Position numbers and translations under genes: made by a program | Shown here: piece after piece, positions 51,870 to 64,000 of the stretch | Numbering within the stretch: position 1 is the first letter of the stretch | Layout: the number at the start of each line of letters is the position of its first letter | Notes under the pieces: generated by a model | Seen by the model: the letters and a program-made list of their open reading frames with translations, nothing else | The model's database searches: none | What the model was told of the DNA's origin: nothing | From: Hypanus sabinus | Taxonomy: Eukaryota | Length of the DNA stretch: 64,000 nt | Assembly: GCF_030144855.1 (NCBI RefSeq) | Contig: NC_082722.1 | Location: 27,218,001 to 27,282,000, forward strand | Direction of reading: 5' to 3'

Positions 51870-52990
51870 AGAGAACTTGAGAGGGTAACGAGGGAGCAAT
51901 AGATGGTGGTGAATGAAAGATCTTGAGTAACGTAGATTCGTAACAGGTAAGGCGACGCATACGAAATCCAAAGGCGAAATTATAAGCGGTAGTACTAGAA
52001 ATTGAACTTCGTCGATTGAAACCTCGGTACTCAGCACGGGGGTTTAAGTATAGAATTTTCATTAAATATGTGGCAGGTAATAATTGGCAGTCTGAATCTT
52101 AACACGACAGCGACAGTTAGCCACACTCCGGTGAACTGGAGTGTCCAAACGTGCATGCTGTCGCAGTTCAGGCAGGATGCTGACAAAACCATCCTTCCTA
52201 CAACTGGCTCCTAACGGCACAGTGCGATCAAGATGGTGGTGCTGAAAGACCTCTATCAAAGTAATATCCAGGATGTCGTGTGAAGGAATCCTGCTTTTTC
52301 CTTCTGCGTCAGATCCCTCCCAATTCTGGAGGTACTGTTTTTTTACCGCAAACATTATGGGTTAATAAAGGTCAACGGACTGTTTCGGCATGTTGTTCCT
52401 CAATAATTCTGAGAGGCGGAACAGGTTAGTGAACCGAAGCTAAGGATGGACCGAAAGGGTTTGAGGCGGGATACGTGGAAAATGGGGTGAATCGTCATGG
52501 TGCTCGAGAGTTTGAGATGATAGGTAACAGGATTTTGATCAGGTCGATGTAACGAGGAGCCAATTTTCTGGATTCAACCCACGTGAGAAGATCTCATTTC
52601 CCGTCCCTGTTTTCTCTGGCGATTGGCCTGGTGTTATTGTGGCCGCGAGCTGGCCATCAAAGCCTCTCTCGCCTTAAACCATATTTGGCGACATTTGCAA
52701 ACCAGTTATTTCGCTAATAGAACCCGACCATTCGCTTCTTGTTCCAGGAACAGCGGAGACTGGTCCCCAAATTGGCCTTGAAAAGTGGTCACCCCGAAAG
52801 ACAGATGTTGAATTGTATTAAGAACAAGCTCCCCCCAGATCAGGTTGTCACTACAATTGGTCGTGTTCCCCGAGGCGCGACATCTGAGAGTTCGGTCAAA
52901 GTTTTGTTTGACCCCTTCCATTTGACCTACGGATGAAACCCGGACAGGCAGACTCCACAATGAGCTCAGAAAAAGACTTCTAGACTAAGA
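51870..52990 (-). mobile_element. Chromovirus-type Gypsy remnant: integrase core, GPY/F region, chromodomain, probable LTR
   Basis: Minus-strand translation gives GQMEGVKQNFDRTLRC (IN core), RKLAPRYI...NPVTYHLKL...IHPIFHVSRLKP (GPY/F) and QYLQNWEG...SRIPSHDILD..LIEVF (chromodomain). Confidence 0.8.
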
Positions 52991-55029
52991 GAAGACTCGA
53001 CTGGTTTGCCTCATACCTCTCCTAATAACAGATACCAGCACATCCATTCAACGTGTCATCATCAAACTTAATAAGAACACGATGATATCGTTTAACCTCG
53101 ATCATGCTTCGCATTCAATTAGATGCCGTGTGACTTGCGCTTCAATACAATTTTTCTGTAGCTCCCAATCTTTTAATAGCTCACCGTAATCAAACTATTA
53201 GTCTAGACGTCGAGTGAATACCCCACCCGATGTTTAAATCTTTTCATAGCATTGGGAGAGGGTAATGAATACGTGTGGTCGGGGTGTTGATGGTGAGGTT
53301 GGGGCTGTAGGAATGACGGCATAACAAATATTTGGTTGCAAGTTTCAAAGGTGATCAAATTAAGCAGCCAGTCTTCAAAATACCATGGAACATGGATGAA
53401 ACGATCAAAAGAACCCAGTTTCCATTTTGTTTTTCACAAAAGTGCAAAGAGAACAGTAACATAAAATTTAAACCAGCGTAGTGTAAAGCCTGTTCAAAAC
53501 ATTTTTTACTGTATTCATACTTCCATGCTGCTAGTTGTTTTATTTCAGCAGCTTTTCTGCAAAGCGCAGGGTATACTCTAAATTAAACTGCACAGAGCTG
53601 ATCAGTTAAGTCGCCGTTTGGTCGACTTGGGAATGTTGCGTCAGCCAAACAGGTTTGTCTTAGTAATAACATTCTGTCCAGTGTGATGCCACGTAGCATT
53701 GGAGAGAGCTGGGTGGGATCAGATTTCTGAGGAAAAGTCGGTTGTTTTTCGGGGTTTTATTTGGTAGATGTTGAAAGTGGAAGGAGGTGCGGAGAGGAGC
53801 ACAAGGGAAAAAGCTCAAGCATCCTGTCTGAAGGGGAGACCCTGCTATAACAAATGATATGTGCAAACCAGTGGATCCAAGGAGGAAGTGCAAATTCTCC
53901 AGTGTTAGCCAGTTCGTTTGTAACATTACTCAAGGGAAGTCCAAACTGTGGCTGGGACGTGCGTTTAGTGCCCTGATTACCGACTATCCGGAAATGAGCT
54001 CCAACACACATTTAATCTGGTTTCACTGTAATTGGCTCCTTTTCATTAACTTTCTACTAACTATACGTTAACGTTGAAATATCTGCAAATGTACTGCCAC
54101 TTTAATTTGATGCGGGTGTAAGGTCTGAAATTTCCTTGCGAACAATAATTTTGAATAGGGCAGTATTGATACAGCATGCTCGACAATTCTCGTTCCCGCA
54201 TACAGAACATACTAACTTCCAATGTGCGTCATCTATATTGAAGGTGAGGAAGAAAAATTGGAAAGTAGGAATATATGTTGATTATCGAATACTTAACAGA
54301 CGTACTGTTCCACAGATCGAGGTTGCTCTCGTCTGCCTTAGTGGAGCCAAATGGTTCAGTGTGTTCCATCCATTAAGTGGCCATTATCAAATAACCATAA
54401 AGAAAAGATGGTATCAGGAGCACCGGCATAATTCCAACCTGTCGCGGAGACACGAATGCTGCTTGAGGCACTGGTGTACTTCCATGATCTTACCGTGTTT
54501 GTATCAAACCTGGAGGAGCGTGAGACGGTACAATTTATGCGTGAAACCGCCTGAAAGCGGAAGGGTTAAACTGTCACTGGACAAGTTTATCTTCTGAAGC
54601 CGTCAGTTAACTATGTCATTCACGTAGTCTCCTCGGATGGAGTGGCTACGAGTCCGTCGGAGGTAGAGGCGATAACCACATGGCCAAGGCTGAAGACTTT
54701 GAGTGCCACATGTTCATTCATTGGATTCTCTGGGTACTACCGGAGAGTTCTGAGTGGTCATTCCAGAGCAATCCAGCAGCTGAATGATCTGCTGTATGGT
54801 TACCCTACATTAGTGAAGGAAGGTATGGAGCAAATGGAGAAGAAGGAAAGGTTTAACATTGCTCTTCGGAGCCTTTAAAGGAAAGATGGAATGTAAAGTG
54901 TGAAGAGTTATTTCAGCTGCTGCCGATTTGTTGACTAAAGCCCCAATGCTTGCCTTTGCAAACCACCAGTGATCGTATACTTGGAGACACACGACAGCTG
55001 TGATTGACTGGACGGTGTTCCATATCAAG

Positions 55030-55880
55030 ATCAGGAGAGCACGGAGTGACCACTCTCCGCTGAACATTGACGGCTCCTCCGTTGAGACCGTTAAGAGCAC
55101 AAAATTTCATGGAGTTCATCTGGCGGAGAACGTCACTTAGTTCCTGAAGACAAACGCCATAGACAAGAAAGCTGAGCAGCGTCACTACTTTCTGCGAAGG
55201 ATGAAAAAAGTCCATCTCCCACCTTCTATCCTCACCAAATTTCACAGAGGATGTATCAAGCGCATCCAGAGTAGCTGCAGCACTGCCTTGTTCGGGAATT
55301 GGACCGTCTTGGATAGCAAGACTGCAGCTGAGAAGATCATCGGGGTCTCTCTTACCGCCACACCACGCACTGCAGCCGCATTGCTAACAGCATTATGAAA
55401 GACCCCACGCAACCCTCATACAAAAACTTCTCCCTTCTGCCCTCTGTCAAAAGGTACCGAAGCAATCGGGCTCTCACAAACAGACAGTGCAGCAGTTTCT
55501 TCGCCCAAGCTATCAGACTCCTCAACATCTAGAGTCTAGACTGAGATCTACATTTATTATCATATTGAAATTTGTCCTCTACTCTGCCTAATGTCCTGAT
55601 AATTAGCTATTTATTTATTTATTTGTTTGTTTGTTTGTTTGTTTATTTATTAATTACCGTACTGCCCTTCACTTTTTTGTGAAATCGATGTAGTCCTGTG
55701 TAGGTCTGACTAGTCTAGTTCTTGTGTTGTTTTACGTAGTCTAGTGTAGCCTTGAGTTATCTCACATAGACCAGTGTAGTTTCCTGTTGTTTTATGTAGA
55801 ACCATGGTTCTGGAGGAAGTTGTTTCCTTTTTATTGTGTACCGTATTAGCAGCTTATGGCTGAAATGACAATAAAAAGCG
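55030..55880 (+). mobile_element. Rex1/Babar LINE 3' fragment nested in Gypsy
   Basis: cactctccgctgaacattgacggctcctccgttgag...aaatttcatggagttcatctgg motif; 3' UTR ending ...gacaataaaaagcgactgaacttgaa. Confidence 0.75.
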
Positions 55881-55934
55881 ACTGAACTTGAATTGGCTGG
55901 TAAAGGGGTTTCTGCTTTCGTTAGCTGTTTCCTG

Positions 55935-56725
55935 TTTCGTTAGAACAGGAAAACAGATAATTATCTGAATGGTGGCCGATTAGGAAAAGGGGAGATGCAA
56001 AGAGACATGGGTGTCATTATACACCAGTCATTGAAGGTGGGTATGCAGGTACAGCAGGCGGTTGAAAAGGCAAATGGTATGTTGGCATTCATAGCAATAG
56101 GATTTGAGTACAGGAGCAAGGATTTTCTACTCCAGTTGTACAAGGCCTTGGTGAGACCGCAGATAGAATATTGTGTGCATTTTTGGTCTCCTAATCTGAG
56201 GAAAGACATTCTTGCCATAGAGGGATAGAGGGAGTACAGAGAAGGGTCACCAGATTGATTTCTGGGATGGCAGGACTTTCATATGAAGAAAGACTGGATC
56301 GACTAGGCTTATACTCACTGGAATTTAGAAGATTGAGGGGGGGTCTTATTGAAACGTATAAAATTCTAAAGGCATTGGACAGGCTAGATGCAGGAAGATT
56401 GTTCCCGATGTTCGGGAAGGTCCAGAACGAGGCGTCACAGTTTAACGATAAAGGGGAAGCTTTCTAGGACCGAGATGAGGAAAAACTTCTTTTGACAGAG
56501 AGTGGGGAATCTGTGGAATTTTATGCCACAGGAAACAGTTGAGGCCGGTTCATTGGCTATATTTAATAGGGAGTTAGATATGGCCCTTGTGGCTAAAGGG
56601 ATCGGGGGTATGGTGAGACATCAGGTACAGGGTTCTGAGTTGGATGATCAGCCATGATCATACCGAATGGCTGTGCAGGCTCGAAGGGCTGAATGGCCTA
56701 CTCCTGCACCTATTTTCTATATTTC
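55935..56725 (+). mobile_element. CR1 LINE 3' fragment, close relative of 10352-11122
   Basis: KANGMLAFI...LVRPQIEYCVHFWSP; same tail. Confidence 0.9.
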
Positions 56726-58469
56726 TCTGTTTGTAGCTGGTGTCTGACACCAACCGAACGAAACTACCCTGCACACAATTGGGAGCTACTGGCATTGAAA
56801 TGGAAGGTGGTGGGTAAATTAAGTGACTCTCTGGTGCCAAGTTCTCGCTGAATCCAACAACATTCCAATTACTTATATTCTCACTTCGACGAAATTGGAT
56901 GCCGCAGATCATTGCTGGTTGGCGGCCTTGTCTGCTTATATTTTCTGCCTTGTATATCGGCCGGGAAGTGAGCAATGTTGTGTGTGCGTTGTCACGAATT
57001 TCTCATGATGTACCGTCAACAAACGGACAGTGGGAGGGCACACCTGCCTCAGGTGTTAAAACAATATACCACTTTTTCATAGCTGGGAAATCAGAGCACA
57101 GACTTTAGCTTCATAGAGCTGCTGGATATTTGAGAGCTTTGAGCCATGCCATTCACCAAGCATATTGCAACTTGACCGCACTGAATACGAAGAAGCTGCC
57201 CCCTTGAGTACTTCAGATTTGGCAGCAGCTCAGCAATCCTATCCTTGTAAAGTTGCCGTCTGGTTATCTGTTGTCAAAGCGGATATAGACCCCAATAGAG
57301 AAGACCAGATACCCTGCCATACCCCTACCCAGAGAAAATGGGACAAACCAGAATTGAGGAGAAAAGTTTCACACAGTCTTCCATCTCCTCCAGATAGACC
57401 TCGGCGTTCCCAGTTGCGTTTCCCTGAAAGAAGTATCCGAAGATTGTTCTGAAGTCACGTCAAGTCATTCCGGATTTGATAAGACCTACGGTTTGGTCTA
57501 AGATAGGTCTACGATAGGACACGAATGAAATATGACGTTGAAAAGTATGGTACGTCGTGCACCCAATGTATTCCAAGGAAGACGCTGCCTACTGGAGTTG
57601 TCTATTAGACGCTGCAACTATCCCATTTACAAAGAACTGGACCATTTGACTTCGTGTGTATGTAATTCCTTTCCACACAGCCTGATTCTAGTAACACAGC
57701 TAACGTCCTGCACATCAAAGACCAATACACCAGATATACTCAAGCCTTCTCTACTTAAGATCAGAGATATCCACAGTTGCTAAAATATTATAGGATAAAC
57801 ATATTATTCATTATGGCCTCCCGTGAAGGATATACTGTGACCAGAGAAAGGATTTTGTGAGAAGGGTCAAATATGAGCTTCTCAGTAGGCTTGGAGTTGA
57901 GAAGAGCCAAAGATTACGCCAAGTCACTGTCAAGGTGATCCTCAGCCTGAAAGATTCAACAGGACATTGTTAAACATGCTTGGGACCCTGAATGCCAACA
58001 GACAGAGAAAGTGGGGCCAACATATTGTACATTTGACACACTGCTACAACTGCACACAGAATGAAAACACTGGGTACAGGCCATACAATTTGACGTTCGG
58101 GCACAAAGCAAGCTTACCTGTGGACATTTGGTTTGGAACAGCCGGGGGGACTTGCCGCAGAAAACGTATCTCACTTATGTATCTGACGTGAGGAAAGAAA
58201 TGTGAAAAGACTATGAGCTAGTAGTAGTTTCTGGCAGATTGATCAGCACAGTACTTTAGTTCCCGGCAGGTATCCCAGCTGGGCCGGATGCTTTCCATGG
58301 TTTCACCATCCTAAAGAGTGTTGTCAGGTCGTCTCAGAGACTGAAATCACAGAATCATCGGGTTCTGTGGCAGTTCGTGATGGTTCCTTCATTTTTTTAC
58401 TGTCGGCAAGAATTGAAAATATTTAGCTCATCTGGCCGAGAAGCATATTTGTTACTTATGGCGCTTGAT

Positions 58470-60180
58470 TTCAAAGCAACACACACAAAATGCTGGAGGA
58501 GCTCAGCAAGGCAGTTGCATCTATGAAAAAGAGTAAATAGTCGACGTTCAAGGTGGCAGGTGATAGGTGGAACACGGAGGCATGGAAGGGGAAAAGTGAA
58601 GAGCTGGGATTTTGATTGTAGAAAGAACTGAAGGGTTAGAGAAGGGGAAACCTGATAAGAGAGGACGGACGAAAGCGAAGGAGGAGTATCACCATACTGA
58701 GGCGATAGGCAGGTAAAGTGAAAGACGGAAACTAGAATGGGAAGTGATGAGGGGGAGGGGGGAGGAATTACCAGAAGTTGATCCCATCAATTTGGAGACT
58801 ACCCGGAGGGAATCTAAGGCGTTGCGCTTCCAAACTGTGTTTGGCCTGATTGTGGCAGTAGAGGAGAATGGGAAGTAGAATTGAAATGAATGGCCACCGA
58901 GAGATCTCTCTTTTTTGGCAGACGGTTGGAAGGAGCTAGGTGAAGTGTTCTCCTTGTCCACGTCGGGACACAGTTAAAAACAGGATGCCACGCCGGTCGC
59001 ACCGCGTACAGTAGTAACCCCAATTGAATCGCTGTTGAAGTGTCGCCTCACTCTTTGGGGCCTTGAGTGGTTATAAGGGAGGAGGCGTATGAGCAAGTGT
59101 GGCACTGGTTCTGCTCGGAAGACTAAGTGCCCGGAGGTGGTTAGTTGGGTGGAACAACTGAACAGTGGAGTTACATTGTTGAGACGCCTTGTGGAGAGCG
59201 GATTGTGGTGGTGGGGGGAATAGGGAAAGATATGGATGATGGTGGGGTCCTTTAGGAACTGGTGGTAGTTACATAGAATGATACGCTGGATACGGAAGCA
59301 GTGGGGTGGTACATGAGGGCAAGAGGAATCTTATCCTTGTGTGGAAGTGGAAGGATGGCGCGAAATGGAGGAGATGCGGGTGAGGGCACTGTTGATGGTG
59401 GAGCAACGGAAATCCCTTTCCTTGAAGAATGAGAACATCTCAGTAGTTCTGGATTGGAAAATCTCGTCATTACAGCAGATGCGGTGGAGATGAAGAATCG
59501 AAGAAAAGGGAATGGCATTATTACAAATGATAGTGCGGGAAGCCGAATAGTCCGGATATATCAGTACCAAGACTGTCTCCAGCGATGGAGACAGAGATAT
59601 CGAGAAAGGGGAGTCAAATTTTAGAAATGGAGTAAGTAATATTGAGGGCAGTATGGACGTTGCAGGCAAAGTTGATGAAATTGAAAAGCTTAGTATGGGT
59701 GCAGGAAGCTGCATCAAAACAGTTGTCAATGTAGTGTTTCAAGAGTTGGGTAGCGATGCTGGTATAACCTTGGGATATTGGCTGTTCCACATGGCCAACG
59801 AATTATCAGTCATAGGTAGGACTCGGGCGAGTGCTCATAGCTGCACCTTGGGTTTAAATGAAGTGAGAAGAGCCCAACGAGAAATAGTTGAAGCTGAGGT
59901 CCAGGTCCGCCAGACAGACGACAGTGGAACTGGCTGGTTCTGTTATCCAAGAAGAACTGGAGAGTGTTAAGACCATCAAAATGGTGAATAGAAATGTACA
60001 GAGACTGGACATTCACATTGAAAATGAAGCGATCTGTCATGGTCCAGTGCGTGAAATACGCTTTCCAATTCACGGTCCGATCCATGTTCCTTATTCAAGG
60101 TTTTTTGGGTTTCCCCAGTTTCTGTTGAGGCAGCTCATTCATGTTTGGGCTGGCCTCATAAATAGCTTCAGGATTTAGCC
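58470..60180 (-). mobile_element. Penelope-like element (RT plus GIY-YIG), degenerate
   Basis: FIFNVNVQSLYISIHH...FFLDNR RT motif; LHRICCNDEIF; terminal acacacaaaatgctggagg motif. Confidence 0.85.
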
Positions 60181-60197
60181 TCTGGGTGCTGGATGGT

Positions 60198-61213
60198 TGT
60201 TGTCCAAACATCCTGTCTGTACCCCTTCCCTTTCGCCTTCCTGTCTGGTGCCTTGCTTTGCCTCGCCTCGCCTCTGCCTAGAGGCTTGCCTCGCTTTGCT
60301 TCGCCGTTCCTCTGCCTGGTGCCTTGCCTCATCTCGCTTTCCCTATGCCTGGATCCTTGCCTCGCCTCGCCTTGCCTCTACCTGGAGCCTCCCCCAGTTT
60401 GGACTGCCTGTCTGTGTCCACGCTTTCGCAAGGTAGGTCCGGCGGTTTGGCCGCTACGTAGCGTTGGCAACTGTCTTGCCGTGTTCAGCGTTTCTTGGTT
60501 AAGAGTCCCGACCCTACGTCCTGTACCCAAGCAGGGGTGCCGGCTCTGTGTTCTGTGTGATCAGCCCCCGCCCTTCGTCCTGTACCCAAGGAGGTGTCCC
60601 GGCTCTGTGTTCTGTGTGATGACTCCCGGCCCTATGCCTTGTACCCAAGGAGGGGTCCAGGCTCTGTGTTCTACGTTCCTGTCTCTTCCTCGACCAAGTC
60701 AAGTCTTTGGTGTCTCGTGCAGTCCTAGACATGTCCAAGGTCCTTGTACTGTCCAAGCCACGGCTTTGTGGTCTGGTCTTGTCCTGTGCCTCGCCCAACC
60801 AAGGAGTACATGGCCCAGCCCGGTGCTGGTGTTCCCTCGACTTGTGCTGAGTTCCCTTGTCCTGTCCATGAATCTCATGTCCAGTTTGTTGCCTCTCATG
60901 GTCCTGTAGCCACGTCTTGTCCTCGCATAATTCTGGAGTCCGTGCCCGAGTCAATACCCAGGTTTTGGGTCCTTGTCCAGTCTCTGGTTCGGAGTACAAG
61001 CCCAGACTCCTAGTTTCCGCTTCATGTCCTGCTGCCGCTCTTCTCGTCAAGTCCTCACCAGGCCGGAATCCTTGCCTCGTCCAGGGCCCGTGTCATGTCC
61101 AGCGTCCTATCTTCTTCATTTCCCTGGCTTCCTTCTCACCCCTAGTCCTGTTCCTCGTAGTTCAGTGGCTGTGCCTTGCATTTGGGTCTACTCCCAACAC
61201 TCCCGTTATGACA
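60198..61213 (+). mobile_element. Probable solo LTR (Gypsy type) with internal tandem repeats
   Basis: TG...CA termini (ends cccgttatgaca); (ccttgcctcg)-type and ggctctgtgttct repeats; homologous to 19546-20084. Confidence 0.65.
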
Positions 61214-62289
61214 CGATCTGGTCCAAGGGACATAAATTCATTGAAGAGATTGAGAGCGTGTGAAACGTCAAGGATATAAGTATGCAGGGTCTGATCCAAG
61301 ATTTCTCCCCTCCCTGTTACTTTGAGTTTTACCCTTTCCTTTCAAATTCTGATGACGGGTGTCGCCCCGAGCCGCGAAATGTTTATTCTTTTTCATAAAT
61401 GCTGCCTGGCCTGTTGCGTTCCTCCAGCATATTGTGTATGTTCCTTCGGATTTCCAGTATCTGCAGATTTTCTGGTTTGATAGCGTTCAAGCCCCGTCGC
61501 AACAGATGGGCGTCCTTCATTCATTCAAGTTTAATCCGGAATTGTCACCTCGCCCATGATATGCATTTATGGACCTTTTATGGTTTTATAGATCGCCCGT
61601 CTTGATTGCTTGTGATCTGACCTGAACAGACTGCAGATGTCGTGGTTCATCCCAGGGCTCCTGGACTCGCTTGCCTACAATTGTTGTTGTTATTTTTTCA
61701 CGCCTGTGATAACTGTAATGTATTCGTTCAGCTTCACAGACGAGACTTTGAGCACAGCCCAGTCCACAGACTAAAAGCAATCCCGTGGGGGCTCATCTGC
61801 TTTCGGTGACCAACTCTTTGTTCTCCTAATCTCTGCATCTTTGTTCGTTTGCTTTTAGCTCTATGCAGGTAGGAGAAGGGTACGCAAGTGATCAGATGTG
61901 GCTTTTGAGCTTGGAAGTGTAGGCTTTTCTTCTCTTTTTATACAATAGTGGTGGTCTAGCGTGCACGCCTTCCGGTGCTACAGGTCATATGCTGAGAGTA
62001 ATTGGGTATCCTGATTAAAAACAAAAAACCTTACTGAAATCCCCGATAATTATCTGAAATGCGTAGGAATGGACTGTTACCAGTTTGGCGAAGGCAGCAT
62101 GTAGTATCTCAGTCGGAAGATGGTGGTATTTAAACTGCTGTGAGGATCATGAAGGACAATTTTCTTGGTAAATAGAACGGCTGGGGTTTTATCGTTTGCT
62201 GTTCAAGTTCAGACAAGTAAAATCATGACAAAGCTGCTACATCGGAGAAGCACATTTTATCTTGATGGGACCCGGAGCTATAGAGCAAT

Positions 62290-64000
62290 GAGAGAAGTGC
62301 ATGGAGTGAAGCCAGATCTAACATATAGAGAGGCTTTGAGGAAAGAGCAGCGGAATAAAGGGTACAAAGGTAGTAAGGTAGAAGGCTAAAGTGTGTGTAA
62401 TTCAATGCAAGAAGCATCAGGAACAAAGGTGATGAACTGAGAGCTTGGATACATACATACATGGAATTATGATGTAGTGGCCATTACGGAGAATTGGCTG
62501 GCACCAGGGCAGGAATGGATTCTCAATATTCCTGGATTTCAGTGCTTTAAAAGGGATATAGAGAGAGGGAAAGGGGAGGAAGGATGGTATTACTCGTCAG
62601 GGATATTATTGCAGCTGCAGTAAGAGTGGGTAATGTAGCAGGATCCTCTTTTGAGTCAGTGTGGGTGGAAGTCAGGAAAAGGAAGGGAATAGTTACTCTA
62701 CTGGGGGTATTCTATAGGCCCCCTGGTAGCAGTAGAAATACCGAGGAGCAGATTGGGAGGCAGATTTTGGAAAGGTGCAAAAATAACAGGGTTGTTATCA
62801 TGGGTGACATTAACTTCTCTAATATTGATTGGCACTTGATTAGTTCCAAGGGTTTAGATCGGGAAGAGTTTGTTAAGGGTGTCCAGGATGGATTCCTGTC
62901 ACAGTATGTTGACAGGCCGACTAGGGGGAATGCCATACTAGATCTAGTATTAGGTAATGAAACAGGTCAGGTCACAGATATGTCCGTGGGTGAGCAGCTG
63001 GGGAACAGTGATCACCGCTCCCTGAACTTTAGCATTATCATGGAAAAGGATAGAATCAGAGAGGACAGGAAAATATTTAATTGGGGAAGGGCAAATTATA
63101 AGACTATAAGGCTAGAACTTGCGGGTATGAATTGGGATGATGTTTTTGTAGGGAAATGTACTGTGGACATGTGGTCGGTGTTTAGTGATATCTTGCAGGA
63201 TGTTAGGGATAAATTCGTCCAGGTGAGGAAGATAAAGAATGGTAGGGTGAATGAACCATGGGTGACAAGTGGAGTGGAAAATCTAATCAGGTGGAAGAAA
63301 ACAGCATACGTGAGGTTCAGGAAGCAAGGATCAGATGGGTCTATTGAGGAATATAGGGTAGCAAAAAAGCAGCTTAAGAAGGGGCTGAGAAGAGCAAGAA
63401 GGGAATATGAGAAGGCCTTGGCGAGTAGGGTAAAGGAAAACCCAAGGCATTCTTCAATTATGTGAAGAACAAAAGGATGACAGGAGTAAAGATAGGACCG
63501 ATTAGAGATAAAAGGGGGAAAATGTGCCTGGGGGCTGTGGAAGTTAGCGACTTCGTAAATGAATATTTCTCTTCAATATTCACCAATGAGAGCGAACTTA
63601 ATGATGGTGAAGACAATATGAGTGAGGTTGATGTTCTGGAGCATGTTGATATTAAGGGAGAGGAGGTTTTGGAGTTGTCAAAATACATTAGGACGGATAA
63701 ATCCCCGGGGCCTGACGGAATATTCCCCAGGTTGCTCCACGAGGCGAGGGAAGAGATTGCTGAGCCTCTGGCTCGGATCTTTATATCCTCTTTGTCCACG
63801 GGAATGGTACCGGAGGAGTGGAGGGAGTCTAATGTTGTCCCCTTCTTCAAAAAAGGTAGTAAAGATAGTCCGGGTAATTATAGACAAGTGAGCCTTACGT
63901 CTGTGGTGTGAAAGCTGTTGGAAAAGGTTCTTAGAAATAGGATCTATGGGCATTTAGAGAATCAAGGTCTGATCAGGGACAGTCAGCATGGCTTGGTGAA
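62290..64000 (+). mobile_element. CR1 LINE ORF2 (endonuclease, start of RT), runs off the window
   Basis: 293-aa open frame with LGVFYRPP, IMGDINF, ILDLVLGNE, SDHRSL; then KSPGPDGIFPRLL, NVVPFFKKG, PGNYRQVSLTSVV. Confidence 0.93.

Larger units (their letters stand above)
54130..58230 (+). mobile_element. Degenerate Gypsy pol (RT about 54130-54600, connection/RNase H about 54600-55020, integrase about 57100-58200), interrupted by Rex1 and CR1
   Basis: YVDYRILNRRT, LSGAKWFS..L.SGHYQI; EAITTWP...SFIGFSGYYRR; PPDRPRRSQL; LLNMLGTL...HCYNCTQNENTGYRPY. Confidence 0.85.

Noticed and set aside
60193-61279. Long overlapping ORFs (238, 178, 120 aa)
   Set aside because: They arise from low-complexity tandem repeats within the LTR-like element.
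1-64000. CRISPR arrays, prokaryotic operons or defence systems, rRNA or tRNA genes
   Set aside because: None seen. The sequence is intron- and TE-rich vertebrate DNA, and the tRNA-like motifs belong to SINE heads.

Overview
Eukaryotic, repeat-dense vertebrate DNA, most likely a cartilaginous fish (ray/shark). This is inferred from the mix of CR1, Penelope, Rex1/Babar and V-SINE-type repeats. There are three N-gaps. No prokaryotic features, rRNA/tRNA genes or CRISPR arrays were seen. The one host gene I can support is a spliced minus-strand immunoglobulin-superfamily receptor (about 5.6-13.6 kb). It has a leader exon, a single germline-joined VJ-type V-domain exon, a transmembrane exon with no charged residue, uncertain cytoplasmic micro-exon(s), and a terminal exon with two ITIM/ITSM-like tyrosine motifs. 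It looks like an inhibitory NKp30(NCR3)-like receptor whose C-terminal end and stop codon come from an antisense SINE. The rest of the window is mostly degenerate transposable elements: many CR1 LINEs (two near full length), a young L1/Tx1-like 3' fragment, Penelope-like elements, Rex1/Babar, several Gypsy LTR remnants (one a chromovirus), a Chapaev3-like DNA transposon deletion derivative, a MITE, and a fold-back inverted duplication at about 19.06-20.5 kb. All family assignments are from motif recognition by eye; TE boundaries are approximate.
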